This document shows, piece after piece, positions 7,157 to 17,011 of a DNA stretch of 64,000 bases. A program made the translations under genes and the position numbers. Under the pieces are notes generated by a model. That model saw nothing but the letters and a program-made list of their open reading frames with translations, was not told where the DNA came from and did no database searches. The DNA is from an uncultured Acidobacteriota bacterium. GTDB lineage: Bacteria; Acidobacteriota; Thermoanaerobaculia; Multivoradales; UBA5704. The first letter of the stretch is position 1. The number at the start of each line of letters is the position of its first letter. The stretch lies in assembly GCA_963756595.1 (NCBI GenBank), contig CAVWOZ010000015.1, positions 132,975 through 196,974 on the forward strand, written 5' to 3'.

Positions 7157-9301
7157 ATGGTCACCAAAGCCCGCTCGCCCGTCGCCGCGTTCCGCAGAAT
7201 CCTCCTCACCGTGCTGGTGCTCGTGGTGGCGGCGATCGCCGGCCTCTTCCTGTTCGGCAAGGCGGGGGGCCCCAAGAAGGAGAAGCCGGCCCCGGAGAAG
7301 GCGACGCCGGGCGCCAAGGGGATGGCCCTGATCGGCGAGGACTTCGACTACACCTTCACCGAGGGGTCGAAGCCGCTCTTCCACATCAAGGGGGAGAGCG
7401 TGAAGGCCGACAAGGAGGGGACGGTCTACCTCGACCACGTGGCCGTCACCCTCTGGGACCACCAGGGGCGGATCTTCCATGTCGAGAGCCATAACGCGAG
7501 CTTCAACCGCGAGTCGAACGAGGGGAAGCTCGAGGGGGACGTCGTGCTCCGCGGGCCGCAGGGGCTCGAGCTGCGGACCGCGCAGCTCAACCTCCGCCAG
7601 AAGGGGAACCAGGTGACCAGTGACGTGCCGGTCGAGATCCACTACGGCGACAAGTATGTGGCGCATGCCGGCGCGCTGGACGTCGACCTGGGCGGCGAGG
7701 ACTACATCCTCAAATCGGGCGCCCGCGTCGAGAGCGTGCCCGGGGTGACGCCGCCGGTCCTCCTCACCTCGCAGCGGCTCGACTACGAGCGGCCGAAGCA
7801 GTGGCTCCACATCGAGGGCGGGGCGATGCTGCGCCACGGCCAGGACTGGCTCGCGGCGCAGCGGATCTACGCCATCCTCTCGGACGACGAGAAGGGGCTG
7901 CAGTTCGTGCATGGCTTCTGGGAGATCTCGGGCGAGACCCACTCCTCGTCGCCGGCGCTCGCTGCCAAGCCCGGGGGAGCGGCGCCGACCATCGTCCACT
8001 TCAGCAACGGCAGCGACCTCTCGGTCAACCTGCAGCCGAAGGGGAACCAGGTGCGGCGGGTCGAGCTCGAGGCGCCGGGGGATGCCAAGGTCACGATGCA
8101 GTCGACCGGCGGCGGGATCGTCCGCATCCTCACCGCCCACCGCATCGAGGGGGACTTGGCCGACGGGGTGCTGAGCGCGGCGGACGCCCTGGGCGGGGTC
8201 GAGATCCGGGAGACGGCGCGGCCGGCGGGTAAGCCCACGATGCGCCAGGCGACCGGACAGAAGGCGTCGGCGACCTTCAAGCCGGACGGCCATCTCGCCA
8301 CCGTCGACCTCACCAACAACGTGGTCTACCACGACGGCGCGGGGGTCACCGCCACGGGCGACCACGGCAACCTCGACATGGACGCGGGGAAGGGGGAGTT
8401 CGTCGGCGAGCCGGTGGTGGTCACCAGCGACCGCGGGCGCATCGAGGCGCCGCGGATGGTCTACAGCACCGACCAGCAGATCGTCAACGCGCGCGGAGGG
8501 GTCCGTGCGCTGCTGCAGAAAGTGGAGGAGACGGCGCTCTCTGGCACACCGCTTGCTAACGGCCAGGGCCCGGTGCATGTAGAATCCCAGGAGGCGTTCT
8601 GGCGCCAGCAGCCGTCGTCGTTCATCTTCCGCGGCGACGTGCGGGCCTGGCGGGGCGAGAACCTGCTGCTGGCCCCCGAGCTGCGGGGGGACAAGGCGGC
8701 CGATCAGCTCAACGCCACCGGCGGGGTGAAGACGATCTGGTATCCCACCTCGGATCAGGCGGCCAAGGCGTCGGCGAGCCCGGCAGGGACGCCGCCGGGG
8801 ACGGCTGGAGCGAAGGCGGCGTCGGGGGCGGGGGCGGGGGCGGCCGGCAAGCCGAGCCCGATCCATGCGTCGGCGAACGATCTCCAGTACCAGCAGAAGG
8901 AGGGGGTGCTGATCTATACCGGCAACGTGCGCGTCGACCAGGAGGGGAAGACCCTGACCTGCCAGCGGCTGGAGGTGGTGCTGGGGGCTGACCATCAGGC
9001 GAAGACGATGACCTGCACCGGCGACACCAAGCTCAACGACCCCAAGGCGGGACGGCGCATCGACGGCCAGAAGGCCGTCTACGTGACCAGCCAGCGGCAG
9101 ATCGAGATCACCGGCGAGCCGGTGGTGATGAACGACAAGGACGGCAACCAGGTGCGCGGCAAGCGGGTGCTCTACTACCTCGACGGCGGCCGGGCGGTCG
9201 TCCAGGGGCAAGAGGGGGAGGTCCCGGCCTCGCCCATCGTGCCCGTCCCGCAGAAACCGCCCGCGAAACCGGGTGGCGCCCAGGGCGGACAACTGCGATG
9301 A
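7157..9301 (+). CDS. Large membrane-anchored OstA/LptA-LptC-like lipopolysaccharide transport protein (tentative)
   Basis: It has an N-terminal TM anchor '[19 protein letters not shown]' and repeated beta-rich segments of the LptC/LptA (OstA-like) type. It sits immediately upstream of lptB, translationally coupled to it (ATGA overlap at 9298-9301). The call rests mainly on context. Confidence 0.55.
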   Translation: MVTKARSPVAAFRRILLTVLVLVVAAIAGLFLFGKAGGPKKEKPAPEKATPGAKGMALIGEDFDYTFTEGSKPLFHIKGESVKADKEGTVYLDHVAVTLWDHQGRIFHVESHNASFNRESNEGKLEGDVVLRGPQGLELRTAQLNLRQKGNQVTSDVPVEIHYGDKYVAHAGALDVDLGGEDYILKSGARVESVPGVTPPVLLTSQRLDYERPKQWLHIEGGAMLRHGQDWLAAQRIYAILSDDEKGLQFVHGFWEISGETHSSSPALAAKPGGAAPTIVHFSNGSDLSVNLQPKGNQVRRVELEAPGDAKVTMQSTGGGIVRILTAHRIEGDLADGVLSAADALGGVEIRETARPAGKPTMRQATGQKASATFKPDGHLATVDLTNNVVYHDGAGVTATGDHGNLDMDAGKGEFVGEPVVVTSDRGRIEAPRMVYSTDQQIVNARGGVRALLQKVEETALSGTPLANGQGPVHVESQEAFWRQQPSSFIFRGDVRAWRGENLLLAPELRGDKAADQLNATGGVKTIWYPTSDQAAKASASPAGTPPGTAGAKAASGAGAGAAGKPSPIHASANDLQYQQKEGVLIYTGNVRVDQEGKTLTCQRLEVVLGADHQAKTMTCTGDTKLNDPKAGRRIDGQKAVYVTSQRQIEITGEPVVMNDKDGNQVRGKRVLYYLDGGRAVVQGQEGEVPASPIVPVPQKPPAKPGGAQGGQLR

Positions 9302-10191
9302 GTCGTCCGGTGAGTCAGAAGCCCGGGCAGGCGAAGTCGATGCTGGCCTCCCGCAAGGGATCGCCACCGAATGCCGCGGATGCCGCGGACGCCGCAGCCA
9401 CCGCGGTCGCGCCCCCTCCGGCCGAGGAGCCGGCGGCGGACCCCGGTGCGGTCGCCGAGGCCAACGGGGCGCGCAAGCTGTCGACCACCAACCTGCGCAA
9501 GGTGTATCGCGGCCGGGCGGTGGTGCAGGACGTCTCGGTCGAGGTCGGCCCCGGGGAGATCGTGGGGCTGCTGGGGCCGAACGGCGCCGGCAAGACGACG
9601 ACCTTCTACATGGTGGTCGGCCTCACCCCGCCCGACTCCGGCAACGTGCTGCTGGGCGACGAGGACATCACCGAGCTGCCGATGTACCTGCGGGCGCAGC
9701 GGGGGATCAGCTACCTGCCGCAGGAGCCGTCCGTCTTCCGCCGCATGTCGGTCGAGGACAACCTGCGGGCGATCTTCGAGACCCTCGACCTCTCGCACGG
9801 CGAGCAGGAGCGGCGGATCGACCAGCTGATCGCCGACCTCGGGCTGTCCAAAGTGCGCCGCACCAAGGGGGCCCTGCTCTCCGGCGGCGAGCGGCGGCGG
9901 GTCGAGATCGCGCGGGCCCTGGTGATCAGCCCGTGGTATATCCTCCTCGACGAACCGTTCGCAGGGATCGATCCGATCGCGGTGCTGGACATCCAGGGGA
10001 TCATCCGGCACCTCAAGTCGATGGGGATCGGGATCCTGATCACCGACCATAACGTGCGGGAAACATTGAAAATAACCGACCGGGCCTATATCATCAACAA
10101 CGGCGAAATCCTACGCTCCGGCACTCCGCAGGAGCTCTCGACAGACCCGCAAGTCCGAAAAATCTATCTCGGCGAAGACTTCACTCTGTAG
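9298..10191 (+). CDS. lptB: LPS export ABC transporter ATP-binding protein LptB, with an Ala/Pro-rich N-terminal extension
   Basis: '[44 protein letters not shown]', '[15 protein letters not shown]', '[12 protein letters not shown]'. There is no in-frame ATG/GTG/TTG between 9340 and the conserved core. Confidence 0.9.
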   Translation: MSRPVSQKPGQAKSMLASRKGSPPNAADAADAAATAVAPPPAEEPAADPGAVAEANGARKLSTTNLRKVYRGRAVVQDVSVEVGPGEIVGLLGPNGAGKTTTFYMVVGLTPPDSGNVLLGDEDITELPMYLRAQRGISYLPQEPSVFRRMSVEDNLRAIFETLDLSHGEQERRIDQLIADLGLSKVRRTKGALLSGGERRRVEIARALVISPWYILLDEPFAGIDPIAVLDIQGIIRHLKSMGIGILITDHNVRETLKITDRAYIINNGEILRSGTPQELSTDPQVRKIYLGEDFTL

Positions 10192-10202
10192 GCAGAAGCT
10201 GA

Positions 10203-11663
10203 ATGGCGTTAGAGCAAAAACTATCCCTGAGGATGTCCCAGAAGCTGGTGATGACGCCTTCTTTGCAGCAGGCGATCAAGCTGCTGCAGATGACGCGCAT
10301 GGAGCTCGACACGCTCCTCACCCAGGAGCTGGTGGAGAACCCGGTGCTCGAGGAGTCCGGGGACATCACCGAGGACGAGACCCCGCAGCGGGAGGAGGTC
10401 GAGGCGGCGCCCGAGGCCCCGGTCAACGGCGACGGGCTCGACCACGAGAAGTCGATGGAGAACATCGACCTCGACGCCTACTTCGGCGACTACTGGGAAG
10501 GCCCCGGCGCCTCCTCGATGATGGAGGAGCGCGAGGAGCCGCCGATTGAGAACAGCCTGCGCCGCGAGGCGGACCTCTACGACCACCTCCTCTGGCAGCT
10601 CCACATGGCCGAGGTGGGCCCCCGCCAGCGCGAGATCGTCGAGCTGATCATCGGCAACCTCACCCCCGACGGCTTCCTGGTCGCCACCCTCGAGGAGATC
10701 CAGGCGATGGGGGAGGTCGAGGAGCGCGCCTATACCCTGGAGGAGATCGAGGAGGGGCTGCGCATCGTGCGCGCCTTCGATCCTCCCGGGATCGCCTGCG
10801 TCGACCTGCGCGAGAGCCTGCTGCTGCAGATGGACATCAAGGGGATCGCCCCGGACGCGCTGGCGCGGCGGATGATCTTCGAGGCCTGGGACCTCTTCCT
10901 GCGCCGGCAGTTCCCGGCGCTGGCCAAGAAGCTGGGGGTCGACCTGCCGGAGCTCGAGGCGGAGATCGAGATCATCAAGACCCTCGAGACCCACCCCGGC
11001 CGCCAATTCAGCACCGACCGGCCGCACTACATCGAGCCGGACGTCTTCGTCCGCCGGGTGGGCGACGAGTACGTGATCCAGCTCAACGACGACGGCCTGC
11101 CGCGGCTGCGGGTCAGCCGCGCCTACCGCCGCATGCTGCAGACCATGCGCAGCGAGGGGCGGCAGAGCGAGGCGCAGACCTTCATCAAGGACAAGATCCG
11201 CTCGGCGGTCTGGCTGATCAAGAGCCTCGACCAGCGGCAGCGGACGATCTACAAGGTCGCCTCTTCGATCGTCCGCCAGCAGCGCGAGTTCCTCGACCGC
11301 GGCATCGAGCATCTGCGGCCGATGGTGCTGCGCGACGTCGCCGAGGACATCGGCATGCACGAGTCGACGGTCAGCCGGGTGGTCTCCAACAAGTACATCC
11401 ACACCCAGCGCGGCCTCTTCCCGATGAAGTTCTTCTTCCACAGCGGCATCGACCGCGAGTACGGCGACAACATCTCCTCGCTGACGGTGAAGCGCAAGAT
11501 CGAGCAGCTCGTGCAGGCCGAGGACCCCAAGCGCCCGCTCTCCGACAGCGAGCTGATGCGGATCCTGAACCGCGAGGGGATCCAGATCGCCCGCCGCACG
11601 GTGGCGAAGTACCGCGACGAGCTGAACATCCCCTCCTCGACCGATCGCAAGCAGATCTTCTAG
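10203..11663 (+). CDS. rpoN: RNA polymerase sigma-54 factor
   Basis: N-terminal 'LQQAIKLLQMTRMELD' and the C-terminal RpoN box 'ARRTVAKYRDELNIPSS'. Confidence 0.95.
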   Translation: MALEQKLSLRMSQKLVMTPSLQQAIKLLQMTRMELDTLLTQELVENPVLEESGDITEDETPQREEVEAAPEAPVNGDGLDHEKSMENIDLDAYFGDYWEGPGASSMMEEREEPPIENSLRREADLYDHLLWQLHMAEVGPRQREIVELIIGNLTPDGFLVATLEEIQAMGEVEERAYTLEEIEEGLRIVRAFDPPGIACVDLRESLLLQMDIKGIAPDALARRMIFEAWDLFLRRQFPALAKKLGVDLPELEAEIEIIKTLETHPGRQFSTDRPHYIEPDVFVRRVGDEYVIQLNDDGLPRLRVSRAYRRMLQTMRSEGRQSEAQTFIKDKIRSAVWLIKSLDQRQRTIYKVASSIVRQQREFLDRGIEHLRPMVLRDVAEDIGMHESTVSRVVSNKYIHTQRGLFPMKFFFHSGIDREYGDNISSLTVKRKIEQLVQAEDPKRPLSDSELMRILNREGIQIARRTVAKYRDELNIPSSTDRKQIF

Positions 11664-11679
11664 AGCCGGAGCGTCGCGG

Positions 11680-12135
11680 GTGTCACTCGCTGCCCTGGTC
11701 CGGCAGGATCTGATCTTCCCGGATGTCCCGGCGGCGGAACGGGCGGAGCTGCTGCGCGCCCTCGCCGAGCGGATCGCGGCGCGCGGCGGGGTGCGCAGCG
11801 CCGACGAGCTGTTCCAGGGGCTCTGGGAGCGCGAGCAGCAGGGCTCGACCGGGATCGGCTCCGGGGTCGCCATCCCGCACTGCAAGGTGCCGGGGCTGCG
11901 GCGCGGCCTGATCGCGGTCGGCAGGGTGCCGGCCGGAGTGGACTTCGAGGCGGCCGACGGCGAGCCGGTGAGGCTCCTCTTCGTGGTGGTGTCACCCGCC
12001 GAGTCGCCGGAAGAGCACCTGCGGAGCCTGGCTGCCATCTCGCGCTGGCTGAGGATCAAAGGGAACGCCGCGAGGCTTCTCGCCCTGCGCGATCCGGCGG
12101 CGGTGTACGATCTGCTCTGCGGGGAAGAGGACTGA
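11680..12135 (+). CDS. ptsN: PTS EIIA(Ntr)-type regulatory protein
   Basis: 'GSTGIGSGVAIPHCKV' phosphorylatable-His region. Position directly after rpoN. GTG start. Confidence 0.85.
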   Translation: MSLAALVRQDLIFPDVPAAERAELLRALAERIAARGGVRSADELFQGLWEREQQGSTGIGSGVAIPHCKVPGLRRGLIAVGRVPAGVDFEAADGEPVRLLFVVVSPAESPEEHLRSLAAISRWLRIKGNAARLLALRDPAAVYDLLCGEED

Positions 12136-12136
12136 G

Positions 12137-13129
12137 ATGGAAAACGATCGCGCCAGTCATCGAGAAAATAATCGAGAGAATAATAGCGTCCCGGTTGCCG
12201 AGCTCCTGGGAGAGGAGCTGAGCTATCTCCACCTCAGCGTCCTCTCCGGGCAGTCGCACCTCGACAACTCGATCACCCACCCGCGGGTGCAGAAGCCGGG
12301 GCTCGCCTTCGCCGGCTACTACGAGTACATCAAGCCGGGGCGGGTGCAGATCATCGGCGAGAGCGAGGCCGAGTATCTGAAGACCCTGGGTGAGGAAGAG
12401 CGTTTCGAGCGGCTCGACCAGATCACCGCCCTGCCGATCCCGGTGTTCGTCATCACCAAGGGGCTGCCGCCGCTGCCGGGCTTCCTCACCCTCTGCCAGA
12501 ACCGCGAGGTCCCCGTCCTCTCCTCGCCGGCCCTGTCGTCGACCGTCATCAAGGGGATCAGCTACTTCCTCGAGGACCATCTGGTCCCCTCGACCTCCGT
12601 CCACGGCGTGCTGCTCGAGATCTACGGGCTCGGCGTGCTGCTGATCGGCCAGAGCGGGGTGGGGAAGAGCGAGTCGGCCCTCGACCTGATCACCCGCGGC
12701 CACAGCTTGGTGGCCGACGACCGCGTCCACATCAAGCGCTATCCGAACGGCGAGCTGGTCGGCTACAGCGAGGGGACGTTGCGGCACCATATGGAGCTCA
12801 GAGGGATCGGCATCATCAACGTCCAGGACCTCTTCGGCCTCGCCTCCGTCCGCGAGCGGACGACGATCGACCTGGTGGTCGAGCTGGAGCCCTGGAAGGA
12901 CGGCCAGGCGTACGACCGGCTCGGCCTCGACGAGAGCCTGTACACCATTCTCGAGACCCCCTGCCCCTACATCCGGATGCCGGTCGCCATGGGGCGGAAC
13001 ATCAGCGTCCTGGTCGAAATCGCGGCGCGCAACCACGTGCTGAAGCTCCAGGGACATCACTCCGCACGGGAGTTCGCCCGCAAACTCGAGGCCCAGCTTG
13101 AACGAAATCGAAAAGGCTCCTCCCGGTAA
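12137..13129 (+). CDS. hprK: HPr kinase/phosphorylase
   Basis: 'HGVLLEIYGLGVLLIGQSGVGKSESALDLITRGHSLVADD' and 'LRGIGIINV'. Confidence 0.92.
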   Translation: MENDRASHRENNRENNSVPVAELLGEELSYLHLSVLSGQSHLDNSITHPRVQKPGLAFAGYYEYIKPGRVQIIGESEAEYLKTLGEEERFERLDQITALPIPVFVITKGLPPLPGFLTLCQNREVPVLSSPALSSTVIKGISYFLEDHLVPSTSVHGVLLEIYGLGVLLIGQSGVGKSESALDLITRGHSLVADDRVHIKRYPNGELVGYSEGTLRHHMELRGIGIINVQDLFGLASVRERTTIDLVVELEPWKDGQAYDRLGLDESLYTILETPCPYIRMPVAMGRNISVLVEIAARNHVLKLQGHHSAREFARKLEAQLERNRKGSSR

Positions 13130-13988
13130 GGCCAGACTCGTCATCATCACGGGCCTCTCCGGCTCGGGCAAGAGCGTCGTCGCCAAGTGCTTCGAGGACC
13201 TGTCGTACTACACGGTCGACAACCTGCCGCTGCCGCTGCTGCGGACTTTCCTCGACAATCCGCTCGAGCTGGTGGGTGGGGTCGATCGCATCGCGGTGGT
13301 GACCGACGTGCGGGCTCCCGGCTTCGCCGAGGAGTTCCCGCGCCTGTTCGCCGAGATCGACCGCGAGCGGATCGAGCCGCGCCTCCTCTTTCTCGAGAGT
13401 TCCGACGAGGTGCTGGTGCGGCGCTTCTCGGAGACCCGGCGCCCCCACCCGCTGGCGGTCGACCTGCCGGTGATCGAGGGGATCCGCCGCGAGCGCGAGA
13501 TGCTCGCCGAGCTGCGGGCGCGGGCCGACATGGTGTTCGACACCAGCGAGTGGTCGATCCACGAGATCCGCAGCCAGGTCTATCGCGAATTCGCCAGCAA
13601 TCCCGGTGATGAGCCCGGGATGGTGGTCTCCCTGGTAAGCTTCGGGTTCAAATACGGGATTCCGTACGGCACCGATCTCCTGTTCGACGTGCGGTTTCTG
13701 CCCAACCCCCACTTCGTGCCCGGGTTGCGCGAGCAGACGGGGCAGGACGAGGGGGTGGTCACGTATCTGGAGCGGCAGCCGGACTTCGGCGACCTCGTGG
13801 AGCGTCTGGGCGACCTCCTGGCGTATCTGCTGCCCCGTTACCGCCGCGAGAACCGGAGCTACCTGTCGATCGCCATCGGTTGCACGGGCGGCAGGCACCG
13901 CTCGGTGGCGGTCGCCGAGCGGCTGAAGAGGGCGCTCGACGTGCAGGGGTGGCCGGCCCGGGTGATTCACCGGGATATCGCGCGATGA
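13098..13988 (+). CDS. rapZ: RNase adapter / nucleotide-binding protein RapZ (YvcJ family)
   Basis: 'LVIITGLSGSGKSVVAKCFEDLSYYTVDNLP' and 'IAIGCTGGRHRSVAV'. TTG start at 13098 (start uncertain), overlapping the hprK 3' end. Confidence 0.88.
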   Translation: MNEIEKAPPGKARLVIITGLSGSGKSVVAKCFEDLSYYTVDNLPLPLLRTFLDNPLELVGGVDRIAVVTDVRAPGFAEEFPRLFAEIDRERIEPRLLFLESSDEVLVRRFSETRRPHPLAVDLPVIEGIRREREMLAELRARADMVFDTSEWSIHEIRSQVYREFASNPGDEPGMVVSLVSFGFKYGIPYGTDLLFDVRFLPNPHFVPGLREQTGQDEGVVTYLERQPDFGDLVERLGDLLAYLLPRYRRENRSYLSIAIGCTGGRHRSVAVAERLKRALDVQGWPARVIHRDIAR

Positions 13989-14152
13989 CGCTGGATCGAC
14001 GGCTGCCGGCGCCGTGGGAGCTTCCTGGGAGACGGCGGAATCGCCGGGCGGCGAGGGTGGTTACGAGTCTCGGAGGCCCATGCATTGAATTTTTGGCAAC
14101 ATCGATGGTTGGGGAACGGACAAAAGGGGCGCTCTCGTAAAGCGAAAACGCG

Positions 14153-14611
14153 ATGATCGGCAAACTGATATTGACGCACGGCGGCGTGGCTCGCGAGCTG
14201 CTCGCCACCGCGAACGTGATCTCGGGCCGCCTCAGCGGCTTCGAGGCTTTGTCGCTCGACTGGAGCGACGGATTCGACGAGGCGCGGGCCAAGGTGGCCG
14301 CCGCGCTCGCGCGGCTCGACCAGGGGCAGGGGGTGTTGATCCTCACCGACATGTTCGGCGGCACCCCGTGCAACATCAGCATGACCTTCTACGAGCCGGG
14401 AAGGGTGGAGATCCTCACTGGGGTCAACCTTCCCATGGTGCTGCGGATGGCCTGCCAGATCAAGGACGAGGAGACCAACGTTTCAGAGGTGGCGCGTTGG
14501 CTGCAGACCAAGGCTCAGAAGAGCGTCTGCCTGGCGGGCGAGCTGATCGAGGGCCGACGGTGCGAGATGACGCATCCGGTCGAGATCGTGGCGGGGAAAC
14601 GGCATGATTGA
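14153..14611 (+). CDS. PTS EIIA component, mannose/fructose family
   Basis: 'MIGKLILTHGGVARELL' (active-site His near the N-terminus) and 'VLILTDMFGGTPCN'. Confidence 0.85.
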   Translation: MIGKLILTHGGVARELLATANVISGRLSGFEALSLDWSDGFDEARAKVAAALARLDQGQGVLILTDMFGGTPCNISMTFYEPGRVEILTGVNLPMVLRMACQIKDEETNVSEVARWLQTKAQKSVCLAGELIEGRRCEMTHPVEIVAGKRHD

Positions 14612-14873
14612 GCGTGAGACGGAGATCGTGAACCGGCTGGGCCTGCATGCGCGGGCCGCGGCGAAGCTGGTCCATACGGCGGGCCGTTTCACGAGCCAGG
14701 TCATGGTGTGCAGGGATGGGGAAGAGGTGGACGCCAAGAGCATCCTGGGCGTTCTTCTGCTCGCGGCAGGACAGGGGAGCCGGGTAACCGTTCGCTGCGA
14801 GGGGCAGGACGAGGAGGATGCCATGCAGGCCGTCACCACCCTGATCGCCAACCGTTTCGACGAGGAGAGTTGA
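14604..14873 (+). CDS. ptsH: Phosphocarrier protein HPr/NPr
   Basis: 'IVNRLGLHARAAAKLV' (His-15 region) and 'DAKSILGVLLL' (Ser-46 region, the HprK target). Confidence 0.9.
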   Translation: MIERETEIVNRLGLHARAAAKLVHTAGRFTSQVMVCRDGEEVDAKSILGVLLLAAGQGSRVTVRCEGQDEEDAMQAVTTLIANRFDEES

Positions 14874-16633
14874 TGCCTCACAACGAAATGCAGGTCTTGC
14901 AGGGGATGGGGGTGTCGGGCGGCATCGCCATCGGCCGCGCCATCTGCATCGAGACCCGCGCGGACGTCCTGAGGCTCCACGTCCCCGAGAGCCAGCTCGA
15001 CAAGGAGGTCTTGCGCCTGCGCGACGGCGCCCTCCATGCGCGGGGCGAGCTGCAACGGCTGCGCGCCCGCGCCGAGGAGGATCTGGGGAGCGATCTCGCG
15101 GCCATCTTCGACGCCCATGTGCTGCTGCTCTCCGACGCCAAGTTCCTCGGCCGGGTCGAGGAGCGGATCCGCACCCATCAGGTCAACGCGGAGTGGGCGG
15201 TGCACAAGACCGCCGAGGAGCTCGACGAGCGTTTCGCCCAGATGGGCGATTCCTACATCCGCGAGCGCAGCGAGGATCTGACCGACGTCAGCCGCCACCT
15301 GCTGCGCAGCCTCCAGGGGATCTCGCATCACGACCTCTCGGAGCTGCCGAACGACATCGTCATCGTGGCCGACGACCTGACGCCGTCCGACGCCATCCGG
15401 CTGGGCCGTGAGCGGGTGATCGGCTTCGCCGTCGAGACCGGCGGCAGGACCTCCCACACCACGATCATCGCCCGCTCGCTCAACATCCCGGCGGTGGCGG
15501 GGCTGACCGGGGTGATGAGCCTGCTGCGCGACGAGGTGCCGGTGATCATCGACGGCGAGACCGGAAAGGTGATCCTGCACCCTTCGGAAGAGATCCTTCT
15601 GCAGTACCGCTCCCTCAAGGAAGAGCTCGACCGGCGCGACCGCGACCTGCTGGCGACGAGGGAGCTCGCAGCGGTGACCCGCGACGGGGTCGAGATCTCC
15701 CTGATGGCCAACATCGACCTTCCCGAGGAGGTCGAGGAGGTGGCCCCGTTCGGCGCCGCCGGCGTCGGGCTCTATCGCAGCGAGTTCCTCTACATCGAGA
15801 AGAGCCCGCACATGCCGACCGAGGAGGAGCACTTCGAGATCTATCGCCGGCTGGTGGAGTTCGCGGCGCCGCACCCCGCCATCATCCGGACCTATGACCT
15901 GGGTGGGCGCAAGCTGGCGCGCGAGATGATGGCGACCGAAGAGGAGAACCCGGTGCTCGGGCTGCGCGGCATCCGCCTGACCCTGGCGCGGCCGGACGTC
16001 TTCCGCAGCCAGATCCGCGCCCTCTATCGCGCCGGGCTGTACGGCGACCTCTGGATCATGCTCCCGATGGTGAGCACCGTCGAGGAGGTGCGGCAGTTCC
16101 GCGCCTTCGCCGCCGAGGTCATGGTGGCGATGGAGGAGGAGGGGGTCCCGTTCCGCCGCGACGTGCGGCTGGGGGTGATGATCGAGGTGCCGTCCGCGGC
16201 GATGATCGCCGACGTGCTGGCGAGCGAGGTCGACTTCTTCTCGATCGGCACCAACGACCTGATCCAGTACTCGATCGCGGTCGATCGCAACAACGAGCAC
16301 GTATCGCACCTCTACCAGCCGCTTCATCCCGGGATTCTGCGCATGCTACGCTTCATCGTCGACAGCGCGCGAGCGGCCGGGATCGAGGTCAGCCTGTGCG
16401 GCGAGATGGGGGGCGACCCCCGTTTCGCCCTGATGCTGATCGGCCTCGGCATGCGCCGCCTGTCGATGAGCCCGCGACGGATTCCAGAGGTCAAGGCGTG
16501 GCTGCGGGAGGCCGCCGTCTCGGAGCTCAGCGAGCTGGCGACCCAGTGTCTGCAACACAGCACCGCCGCCGAGGTGCAGGAGCATCTCGACGCCTTCGTC
16601 GAATGCTCGCGCTCCTCGCGGGTGAGCGCCTGA
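14873..16633 (+). CDS. ptsI: Phosphoenolpyruvate-protein phosphotransferase (PTS enzyme I)
   Basis: 'ETGGRTSHTTIIARSLNIPAV' (active-site His), 'GLYRSEFLY', 'FFSIGTNDLIQY', 'CGEMGGDP'. The ATG at 14873 overlaps the HPr stop (TGATG). The track ORF's upstream extension was rejected. Confidence 0.93.
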   Translation: MPHNEMQVLQGMGVSGGIAIGRAICIETRADVLRLHVPESQLDKEVLRLRDGALHARGELQRLRARAEEDLGSDLAAIFDAHVLLLSDAKFLGRVEERIRTHQVNAEWAVHKTAEELDERFAQMGDSYIRERSEDLTDVSRHLLRSLQGISHHDLSELPNDIVIVADDLTPSDAIRLGRERVIGFAVETGGRTSHTTIIARSLNIPAVAGLTGVMSLLRDEVPVIIDGETGKVILHPSEEILLQYRSLKEELDRRDRDLLATRELAAVTRDGVEISLMANIDLPEEVEEVAPFGAAGVGLYRSEFLYIEKSPHMPTEEEHFEIYRRLVEFAAPHPAIIRTYDLGGRKLAREMMATEEENPVLGLRGIRLTLARPDVFRSQIRALYRAGLYGDLWIMLPMVSTVEEVRQFRAFAAEVMVAMEEEGVPFRRDVRLGVMIEVPSAAMIADVLASEVDFFSIGTNDLIQYSIAVDRNNEHVSHLYQPLHPGILRMLRFIVDSARAAGIEVSLCGEMGGDPRFALMLIGLGMRRLSMSPRRIPEVKAWLREAAVSELSELATQCLQHSTAAEVQEHLDAFVECSRSSRVSA

Positions 16634-16657
16634 GATCAACCTTGGAGAGGACCTTCG

Positions 16658-17011
16658 ATGCGTTTTCCGATTCGCCGAGTCGACAAGCCCTGGGGCTATG
16701 AGCTGATCTTCGCCCACACCGACCGCTACGTGGGGAAGGTCCTGCACGTCAACGCCGGCCACGCCCTTTCGCTCCAGTACCACGAGATCAAGGACGAGAC
16801 CCTCTATCTCGCCGACGGCGAAGTGGAGCTGGTGGTGGAGGAGGATGGCGCCCTGGTCAGCACCCGCCTCCGGGGCGGCGATTCGTACCACATCAAGCCG
16901 TTCACCCGCCATCGTATGGTCGCGGGGGAGGACGGCTGCGACATCATCGAGGTCTCCACCCCGGAGCTCGACGACGTGGTCCGGCTGGAGGATCGCTATG
17001 GCCGCACATAA
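16658..17011 (+). CDS. Cupin-domain protein (mannose-6-phosphate-isomerase-type cupin)
   Basis: 'KPWGYELIFAHTDRYVGKVLHVNAGHALSLQYHEIKDETLYLADGEVEL'. Confidence 0.7.
   Translation: MRFPIRRVDKPWGYELIFAHTDRYVGKVLHVNAGHALSLQYHEIKDETLYLADGEVELVVEEDGALVSTRLRGGDSYHIKPFTRHRMVAGEDGCDIIEVSTPELDDVVRLEDRYGRT

Noticed and set aside
14094-14110. Sigma-54-like promoter TGGCAA-N6-ATGGT upstream of the EIIA(Man)-HPr-EI genes
   Set aside because: The -24 element is close to TGGCAC, but the -12 element (ATGG) lacks the conserved TTGC/GC. Two mismatches fall in the critical positions, so I do not call it.
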